Shown: positions 35,001-44,275 of the stretch, one piece after another
Numbering within the stretch: the first letter of the stretch is position 1
Layout of the letters: each line of letters begins with the position of its first letter
Assembly (NCBI RefSeq): GCF_963921235.1
Contig: NC_086097.1
Coordinates: 40,178,001-40,242,000 of the forward strand
Source: Mobula hypostoma
Lineage: Eukaryota
DNA: 64,000 bases
Direction: 5' to 3'
The notes under the pieces: model-generated
Seen by the model: only the letters and a program-made list of their open reading frames with translations
Told to the model about the DNA's origin: nothing
The model's database searches: none
Translations under genes and position numbers: made by a program

Positions 35001-35489
35001 ACTGTGAAAATTGAACTTTCATGTAACAAATGAAACAGATCTACACAGAGACAATTAGCTCAGCAATAACAAGAGCCTGTCAATGATGTCTCAAACTGAG
35101 AATACAGTCTTCTGTATCCTAATTGCCTCTGGATGAATTGTGAAAAATGAAACACTGAGCAAAACCCTTCCCTAAGTTTCAGTTTTCATATTTTCAACAA
35201 CTCAAGTTTCCAGGTCTCAAGGCTTTTTTTAATAGTCTAAGTGTCCCTGTCGAAGCATTCACGGTTTTCAATGTTCTCCAGGTTTCCCATGGCCCTCTGG
35301 TCTCCAATGTCTTTTCAGGGTTCAAAGGTCTTTTCAATTTTTCCCCATCTCAAGGCCTCCCTTTTGGGGATTCTCTTGAGGTTCCCAGGTCCCGCTGAAG
35401 GTTTCCAGTCCCCACTCAAGGTTCCCTGGTCCCTCGGTCTCTTTAGGTTTCCTGTTGCCAGCTGACGTAGTGACACGGCCTCTGCTACT

Positions 35490-36737
35490 GCCATAATGAA
35501 GCTAGATGCAGTTCAGAGAAGTAACACCTCATATTCCATTTTGGTAGTCTCCAACCCGACAACATCAACATTGATTTCAATAACTTCCAGCAAACACTCC
35601 CCTATGCTTCTGTTTCTCTCCCCACCCCCACCTTGTTTCCCTCATTCAAATGGCCCTCTCACCCCTTCCCTTCTCCTCCCCCATTTCATGACCATTCCTT
35701 CATCTCTCTCTGGTTCCCCACATCCTTTATTCCATGGTCTACTGTCCACTCCTATCAAATTCTTTCTTCAGACCAAATTCTCTTCCATCTATTATATCCT
35801 AACTTCTTAAAGTATTCATTCATCCCCACTCCCTTGCCTACCTCCCTGGCCTCATCTATCACCTGCCAGCTCATGCTCCTCTCCCTCCTCTACCTTTTTA
35901 TTGTGGCTACTACCCCCGTTTCTTTCTAGTTTTTATGAAGGGTCTCCTCAGGAGGGAGGAGAAGATGGCGGCGTGACGCAGCATGTGCGGCAGTTCCGAA
36001 ATGATATTGTATTTGTGAAATAGGATGCCGTGAACAATCCTGATTTGATGGGGACAGCCGTGAGAAGCACGGAAGAACATCTGGAGAAACTTCTGAAATG
36101 CCTGCTTCGCTGCCGCTGCTACTGTGCAATCGAGAATCTCTGGAGGGGAAGGCCCCAAATCCTCGGCTTTGCCTATTGCCTGTTGCCGGGGCCAGGGTCG
36201 AAGCGCTCGGCAGAGATGGTGCTCAGTGCTCGGTGTCGGAGGCTCGAGTTTTTCAGATGGACTCAAGAGTCGGCTGTGGTCGGGTGCTTCCAGGGTGCTG
36301 CATCGGCAAGTTTGCGGCGCTGGAAGCTCATGGCAGGAAGAGAGTTTTTCTTCCTACTACCGTCTGCGTGAGATGTTGGGACTTTCGAGAGACTTTGAGA
36401 CATTTTTTACTGTGCCCATGGTCTGTTCTTCTATCAAATTACGGTATTGCTTTGCGCTGTTGTAACTATATGTTATAAGTATGTCATTTTTGTCAGTTTT
36501 TTTTAGTCTTGGTTTGTCTTGTGTTTCTGTGATATCATTCTGGAGGAACAAATTGTATCATTTCTTAATACATGCATTACTAAATGACAATAAAAGAGGA
36601 CTGCGTGTCCTCATAATCTAATAATCTAATAAAAACATCAGTTGTTCATTTCCTTTCCAAGATGCTGCTTGATCTGCTGAGTTCCTCAGCATTTTGTGTG
36701 TGTTGATCAAGATTTTCAGCATCTGCAGAATCTCTTG
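35490..36737 (+). mobile_element. Older Penelope-like 3' fragment split by family X copy C
   Basis: AACACCTCATATTCCATTTTGGTAGTCTCCAACCCGACAACATCAACATTGATTTC matches 16165-16222; the terminus GATGCTGCTTGATCTGCTGAGTTCCTC...CAGCATCTGCAGA resumes after 36631. Confidence 0.85.
35951..36630 (+). mobile_element. Non-autonomous retroposon, family X copy C (full length)
   Basis: Head GGAGGGAGGAGAAGATGGCGGCG; tail ...AATAAAAGAGGACTGCGTGTCCTCATAATCTAATAATCTAAT. Confidence 0.9.
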
Positions 36738-38671
36738 CAACTCCATGTTTGGTGGTTCTTAGAACTTCCCTTTGAAGAGCTAGACCATTTCAAGAAGTGA
36801 TGAGTAAGTTAGTCTATCAGAAGAAAGTAAAATGCAAAGGTGTTTGGCTGGTCAATGAAAGTCTGGAGCTGGTAAGGTCTAAAAGTAATTATTGTCTAAT
36901 TTGCAGAGAATGCTCAATTTGAGCCATTAACTTATTGATTAACTTGTTGATTTCTAGAGGGAATTTGTGCATATTACTGATAAGATGCCACTAATGCCAA
37001 CTCATAACTTTGGAATAAATGGACATTCAATTCATAAACTTTGCCAAAGCAGTTAGATGCAAACAGCTCACTTCTGAAAGCATATTCAACGTCAGATGCC
37101 TGCTGCAGTGCATTGTGCGTAACGTTCTCATACAAATTATATGCAATGCAGAGCTGGTTAAACTGCTTTCCACTAATGAAGTTGTGGTCCAAATTTTCTG
37201 TTGATATCCTGGAACAGGTTGGAAGTTAGATGTAGCTGAGGTGTTTAATTTCAATGTAAGGTTGAAGTGCAATGAGTGAGGGAGAAGTGATTTCAGAAGA
37301 CTGTGACTTCTCTTGAACAATATATTTTCCAGAAGGAAATATTGTCCAGGATTTTGCAAATGGCACAAATGTAATGGAGGTGGCAAAATAATTTCCTGTG
37401 GAGAGCACAGTATGTAGTACCTTAAAACATTGTATGATCTAGGAATAGACCATAAGACCACAAGATATAGAAGCTGATTTAGGCTGTTTGGCCCATTAAG
37501 TCTGCTCTGCCGTTCAATCAAGGCTGATCCTTTTTTCTATCTCCTGCTCAACCCCACTCTCTGGTCTTCACTCCGTAACCTTTGATGCTGTCAAGCTCTG
37601 CCTTAATTACACCCAATGACCTGGTCTCTACAGCCTGTGGTAATAAACTCCACAAATTCACGATCCCCTGGCTAAAAAAATTTATCTGCATCTCTATCCT
37701 GGGGTCGTGCCTTCTTGTCCTAGACTCCCCCACCATGGGAAACATCCTTTCCACATCTACTCTGTCTAGGTCTTCCAACATTCAAAAGGTTTCAATGAGA
37801 TCCCCCCCCCCCTCCATCCTTCTAAATTCCAGCAAGTACAGGCCCAGGGCTATCAAACATTCCTCATTTGAAAATCCTTTTATTCCCAGAATCATCCTTG
37901 TGAACCTCCTCTGAACCCTATCCAATGCCAGAATATCTTTTCTTAGATGAGGAGCCCAAAACTGTTCACAATACTCGTGGTGAGCCTCAGCATCACATCA
38001 CTGCTCTTGTATTCAGGATTTCTTGAAATGAATGTTAACTTTGCATTTGCCTTCCTCACCACCGACTCTACCTGCAAATTAACCTTTGGGGTGTTCTTCA
38101 CAAGGACTCCCAAGTCCCTTTGCATTTCCCATTTACAAAATAGTCTACACATTTATCTCTACTACCAAAATGCATGGCCATGCATTTTCCAACATTGTAT
38201 TTCATTTGCCACTTTCTTTCCGATTCTCCTAATCTGTCTAAGTCCTTCTGCAGGCTACCTGTTTCCTCAACACTACCAGCCACACCACCAATCTTCGTAT
38301 CATCTGCAAACTTGACAAAAAGCCATCTAGTCCGTCATCTAAATCGTTGATTATATAGCATAAAAAGAAGTGGTCCCAGCACTGACCCCTGCGAAACACT
38401 ACTAGTCATTGCCAGCCAACCAGAAAAGGATCCTTTTATTTCCACTCGCTGCCTCCTACGAATCAGCCACTGCTCTAACAATGCCAGTAACTTTCCTGAA
38501 ATACCATGGGTTCTTAACTTTGTAAACAGCCTCATTTGTGGCACTTTGTCAAGGCTTTCTGAAAGCCCAACTATACAATATCCACTGCATTCCCTTTATC
38601 CCATATTTAATCTCCTCAAAGAATTCCAAAAGGTTCAAAAGTTAAGATTTTCCCTTAAAGAAACTATGCTG

Positions 38672-38763
38672 ACTTTGTCCTATCTTGTCCTGTGTCACCA
38701 AGTACTTTGCCCTATCTTGTCTTGCCTGACCAAGTACTTTATCCTATCTTGTCCTGTGTCACC
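38672..38763 (+). repeat. 32-bp tandem triplication inside the CR1
   Basis: ACTTTGTCCTATCTTGTCCTGTGTCACCAAGT at 38672, variant at 38704, partial at 38736. Confidence 0.85.
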
Positions 38764-39810
38764 TTATCCTTAACAATTGACTCCAACATCTTCCCAACCA
38801 CTGAGATCAGGCTAACTGGTCTATAATGTCCTTACTGCTGCTTTCCTCCTTTCTTAAAGAGTGGAGTGACATTTGCAATTTTCTAGTTCTTCAGTACCAT
38901 GTTAGAGTTCAATAATTTTTGAAAGATCATTGCTAATGCCTCCACCTTCTCTACTGCTACCTCTTTGTGAACCCTAGGGTGCATTTCATCTGGTCCGGGT
39001 GACTTATGTTTTCTTAGGTCTTTCAGCTTTTTGAGCACCTTCTCCCTTGTAATAGTAACTGCACTCACTTCTCTTCCTACACACACTACAATATCTGGCA
39101 CACCGCTAGTGTCTTCCACAGTGAAGACTGGTGCAAAATACTCATTTAGTTCATCTGCCGTCTCCTTGTCCTCTGTTATTATTTTTCTGACCTAATTTTC
39201 TAGCTGTCCAAAATCCATTCTCATCTCTCTTTTATTTTTTACATGTTTGAGAAAGCTTTTACTATGCACTTTGATATTGTTTGTTAGCTTGCTTTCAGAG
39301 TTCACCTATTCCCTCCAAATGATTCTTTTAGTTGCTCCCTGTAGGGTTTTAAAAGCTTCCCAACCCTTGGCTTCCCACTAATTTTTGCTTTGTTATATGC
39401 CCCCTTGTTTGTTTTTACATTAGCTTTGACATCTCTTGTCAGCCACGGTTGTACTATTTTACCATTTGAGTATTTTTTTTCATTTTTGGAATACATCTAT
39501 CCTGCACCTTTTTTTTTCCAGAAACTCACATATTGCTGCTTTGCTGTCATCACTGCCAGCATCTCATTCCAATTTAATTTGGCTAACTCCTCTCTCATAG
39601 CAGTGTAATTTCCTTTACTCCACTGAAATATTGCTAAGTCAAACTTTAATTTCTCCCTATAAAATTCATAGTTGAATTCAATCATATTGTAATCAGTACC
39701 TCCTAATGGTTCCTTAACCTCAAGCTCCTTAATCACCTTTGGTTCATTACATAACATCCAATCCCGTGTAGCTGATCCCCTAACAGGCTGAATGATAAAT
39801 TGCTATAAAA

Positions 39811-39853
39811 TACTTTATACTTTACTATATATATATATATATATAATATATAT
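39811..39853 (+). repeat. (TA)n microsatellite preceded by TACTTTATACTTTAC, within the CR1
   Basis: Direct reading. Confidence 0.85.
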
Positions 39854-42800
39854 CCATCTTGTAGGCACTAAACAAACTCACTCTCTTGAGATCCATTTCC
39901 AAACAGATTTTGGCAATCTACCTACATGTTGAAATCTCTTATGACTATCATATTATTGCCCTTTTGACACGTCTTTTCTATTTCCTGTTGTAATCTGTGG
40001 TTCACATCCCAACTACTGTTGTGAGGCCTGTGTAAAACTGCCATCAGGATCCTTTTACCCTTGCAGTTTCTTAACTCAACCCACAAGGATTCAACATCTT
40101 CTGATCCTATGTCACATCCTTCTTCTGATTTGATGCTATTCTTTACCAGCAGAGCCACGCCATCCCTCTGCCTACTTTCCCATCCCTCGGATACAATTCG
40201 TAATCTTGGACATTTAGCTCCCAAGTACAACCAACCTTCAGCCACGACTCAGTGATGGCAACAACATCGTACTTGACAATCTGTAATACTTCAACAAAAT
40301 CATCCACCTTATACTCAGTGCATTGAGATATAACACTTTGAGTACTATATTTGCTACCCTTTTTGATTCTGCATCCCTAATGCACTGATGCTCATCCTGC
40401 TGGCTGCAATTATGTCCTATCATCTGCCTGCCCTTCCTGATAGTCTGACTGCACGCTATCTTTGCTTTTTCTCTTACCAATCATCCTTTCCTGTGTCCTT
40501 TCATTCTGGTTCCCATTCCCCTGCCAAATTAGTTTAAACCCTACCGAACAGCTCTAACAAACCTGCCCGTGAAATTACTGTTTCTCCTCTGGTTCAGGTG
40601 CAACCCGTCATTTTTGCACAGGATTGATTGCAGGACCTGTTTGCTTTTCCTTCCTATGTCATTGGTACCAATATGTACCAAGACATCTGGCTGCTCTCCC
40701 TGCCTCTCTAAAATGTTGAGGACATGATCCAAGGCATCCCTAACCCTGGCACCCTGGAGGCAACGTACTATTCAGGTGTCCCATTCACATCCACCAAAGC
40801 TTATTTCTGTTCCCCTGACTACTGAGTCCCCTATCACTACTGCTCCCCTCTTCTCCCTCTTTCCCTTCTGTACCTCAGACCTACGCTCTGTGCCAGGAAC
40901 CCGGTCTCTGTGGCATTCCTCTGGGAAATCATCCCCCACAGCAGTATCAGAAACAGTATACTTATTATTGAGGGGAATGGCCACAGGGGTACTCTGTGCT
41001 AACTGCCTATTCACATTTCCATTTCTCCTGAGTGTCACCCAGCTACTCAGCTCCTGCAACTTCAGGGTGACTGATTCTCTATAACTCTGATCAATAATCT
41101 CACTCTCCCACACAAGCTGTCGATCCTCCTGCTGCAGCCGGATGCACTTCACACCAATATAGTTCCCTGGGTAAGTCTGGGTCTCCCAGGACTCCAACAT
41201 CCAGCATGAAGAATGAACCACAGCCATTTACCACACTCGGTACAGTATGAGGAAATATAAGGGAAACTTAACAGAAGCTTACCCAGAAACAACACCTCTT
41301 TCGAGCTGCAGCCTCCTTTGAGCCAAAGCCTGGCACTCCTACTCTCACCAATGAGCCTACTCCCAACAATGTCCCCTCCGCACCACCTGTCCTTTCAGTA
41401 CTTCTAAACAAGCGTCACCAATCTGCAAGAGACCTCGTTGCTGTGGCCTGCTCCTGCCGCCGATTGGGCTGTCAGAATGAGCAGCTCAATGGTTTAATTT
41501 ACATTAACTTTAGATAGATAGTCTTTGGAAAGGATAATTAAAGATCTGGAGTGAGATAAATGGATTTCTAGGAGGAGATTTGCCATTCCGGAGCTGTTCT
41601 TGACTGGCTGTTCACTTCACCTTGCCATGGTGTCTCTGGCCTTACAATATCTGATGGGAGCTAAGAGCAAGAAACTTCACATTTCCCATCATTATCATCA
41701 TTCATCTAGATTGATAACTGCCTTGAAGATGTGGAGCCATTGTTTAAACTCTGAGGACTAGGACTAGGACTGGGGACTAGGGGCTACATTAACGTGTAGT
41801 CGATAATCAGCTCTTTGGTTTTGCTGCGAGATTGCTGTTTTTCTTATTCAGACAGTGCATATCCATTTGATCCACTGTTATGTTATGGATCAATGCAAGA
41901 TTGGCTACTCTGCTTTACTTTGCAATCCATATAACTTACTGTTGTGTGGAAACTGGCTGCCTTACTTTATTAGAATTGATCATAATCCATCACATGAGCT
42001 TTTGTTTTATCCAAAAGAGCTGGGCATCTCTGATCAGGAATGCAAAGTTATCTTACTGCTATCATGTTCTCAGAATTACTTTGAGTCAAACACTACCACT
42101 TAAAATTGTAACCTTGTACAGGAACAAAAATACCACAAGGGGATAGTGAAGCCTTTTGTTTCTTTAACTTACACCTAGCAATTGCTATAAAAGTTACTCA
42201 TCAACTGTTTTTACCCAAGCTTTGATGCTGGCAAAACCCTTGTTATTTTAATGGCCACCTTTTATATTTTTATTGACTTCCATTTCACAAGGCACATGTC
42301 TCGCCTTTCTGTGATTTGTAGAGCACATCATATGATTGATTTTCCAGGCTGGACCATAACCACTGTCCCAGGAGAAGCTACTCCTTCTAAAGAATACTTT
42401 ACAGACTACACATCTGTGACATTAACACATTCTAGGATTTTATTTAAACCTAGCCTCCAGTTATTTCTTATGAGTAGTACTTTTCCTATCTTATAATATT
42501 TTAAATAAGCTCTGAACATATTAGAACATGCCTTCCTCGTTGTTTAGCATCAGTGGCATCTTTTCTGTGTGACCTTGGGCTGTGGACAGTGAAAGCAAAA
42601 CTGTAAGTTGGGGAAGCACAATGGGTGAAGTTTGGATTTGAGAGATTGTGTCAAAAAGATCCCAACAGAGATCTTTTCTGTGAACCTTTTTGTTTAATCA
42701 TTGGAAACTTCCAGGTGCAGGCCTGCTACCCAGAATCCACTGATCCTACTCCCAGTGTGCCCTTGCTTTCCTGGTATGAGTGTATTGCATAACTATGAGA

Positions 42801-43338
42801 CACGACCAAGCCTTAATAATACTGGGCTTCACTGGCAGAAGGTTTAGCCACACGCCGGGAAACACCTGACACACATTGGACAGTGTTCTGCTTTACAACG
42901 AAGACTAAAGACTTCATATGTCCTTGACATTCAAAAACAGTTAAGATGGATATAAGAGGTTTTGAAATCTTGCATTTAAACATTAAAAAGAGAAGAATCA
43001 TTAATAGTGTAAAATTATCCAAGATCAATAAAAGTACTAAATTAAAATTCGGAGAAGGAAGTCTGAGAATCGGAGTGGGAGTGCGGAGGAAGCCACTTTT
43101 AAATTCTTCGTGTTTTTTTTCATCAGCGTTCAGAGAGGTGGGACTGCGCAGGCGTGTGACGTCGGGCAGTGAAGCGTGGAAGATTTAAAAGGAACAGAGC
43201 CTTATACAGCGGGCAGCAGAGTGAGCCGGGAGCAGAGTGAAGGCTTAAGGGCTTCGGCACAACGGGCTTAGGCAGAAATGGGCGAGGCGAAGAAGGTTAG
43301 GTATTCATTTTTTGTTGTTATTTGAGGAGAGGGGAAGT

Positions 43339-44275
43339 ATGAGTGTGAGGGCAGCTTGTTGTTCTCGGTGCCAGATGTGGGAGGTCCTGGAGACTCCAGG
43401 CCTCCCGGACGTCGACACTGCGCCAGGAGCACAGAGATGCAGCTTCTAAGAGACCGTGTTAGGGAACTGGAGCTGCAGCTCGATGACCTTCGTCTGGTCA
43501 GGGAGAGTGAGGAGTTGATAGAGAGGAGTTACAGGCAGGTGGTCACACTGGGGCCATGGGAGGCAGACAAGTGGGTCACGGTTAGGAGGGGGAAGGGGAA
43601 GAGTCAGGTAATAGAGAGTACGCCAGTGGCTGTGCCCCTTGACAATAGGTACTCCTGTTTGAGTACTGTTGGGGGGGGGACAGCTTACCTGGGGGAAGCA
43701 ACAGTGGCCGTGCCTCCGGCACAGACTCCGGCCCTGTAGCTCAGAAGGGTAGGGAAAGGAAGAGGAGGGCAGTTGTGATAGGGGACTCGATAGTAAAGGG
43801 GTCAGATAGATAATTCTGTGGACGCAGTCTGGAGACCCGGTTGGTAGTTTGCCTCCCTGGTTCCAGGGTCCAGGATATTTCTGATCGCGTCCAAGATATC
43901 CTGAAGTGGGAGAGAGAGGAGCCAGAGGTTGTGGTACATATAGGTACCAATGACATGGGTAGGAAAAGGGGAGAGGTCCTGAAAGGAGAATATAGGGAGT
44001 TAGGAAGGGAGTTGAGAAAAAAGACCTCAAAGGTAGTAATCTTGGGATTACTGTCTGTGCCACGCGACAGTGAGAATAGGAATGCAATGAGGTAGAGGAT
44101 AAATGCGTGGCTGAGGGATTGGAGCAGGGGATAGGGATTCAAGTTTTTGGATCATTGGGACCTATTTTGGCGCAGGTATGACCTGAACAAAAAGGACGGG
44201 TTACACTTGAATCCGAGGGGGACCAATATTTTGGCGGGGAGATTTGAGAGGGGTACTGAGGTGACTTTAAACTAG
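43339..44275 (+). pseudogene. CR1 ORF1: zinc finger, coiled coil, SGNH esterase; disrupted
   Basis: MSVRAACCSRCQMWE; LRDRVRELELQLDDL; GDSIV; CLPGSRVQD; VVHIGTND; DGLHLN; ends ...VTLN*; internal frameshifts and stops. Confidence 0.9.
44266..44275 (+). promoter_or_regulatory. Candidate -1 ribosomal frameshift site T_TTA_AAC followed by TAG
   Basis: Heptamer is in X_XXY_YYZ phase in ORF1; the -1 frame TTT AAA CTA GAA TGG TTG runs open into the endonuclease with no upstream ATG. Confidence 0.65.

Larger units (their letters stand above)
37448..41490 (-). mobile_element. Near full-length CR1, decayed, with internal deletions
   Basis: ORF1 remnants (VKCIRLQ, VIGDSVVRG, LVHIGTNDIG), endonuclease (LYLNALSI, VLHRPHN), RT (KSPGPDEMHP, QGSVLGPLLF); CTTATGGT-type tail at 37448. 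Confidence 0.93.

Noticed and set aside
35951..36030. Possible HDV-like ribozyme at the family X 5' end
   Set aside because: I could not build the nested double pseudoknot; there is no consistent P1 partner or L3/P1.1 across copies.
38672..38763. CRISPR-like 32-bp repeats
   Set aside because: Contiguous tandem units without spacers, inside a eukaryotic LINE; no cas genes.
43446..44087. 213-aa minus-strand ORF
   Set aside because: Antisense shadow of purine-rich CR1 ORF1; low complexity and not preserved in the other ORF1 copies.
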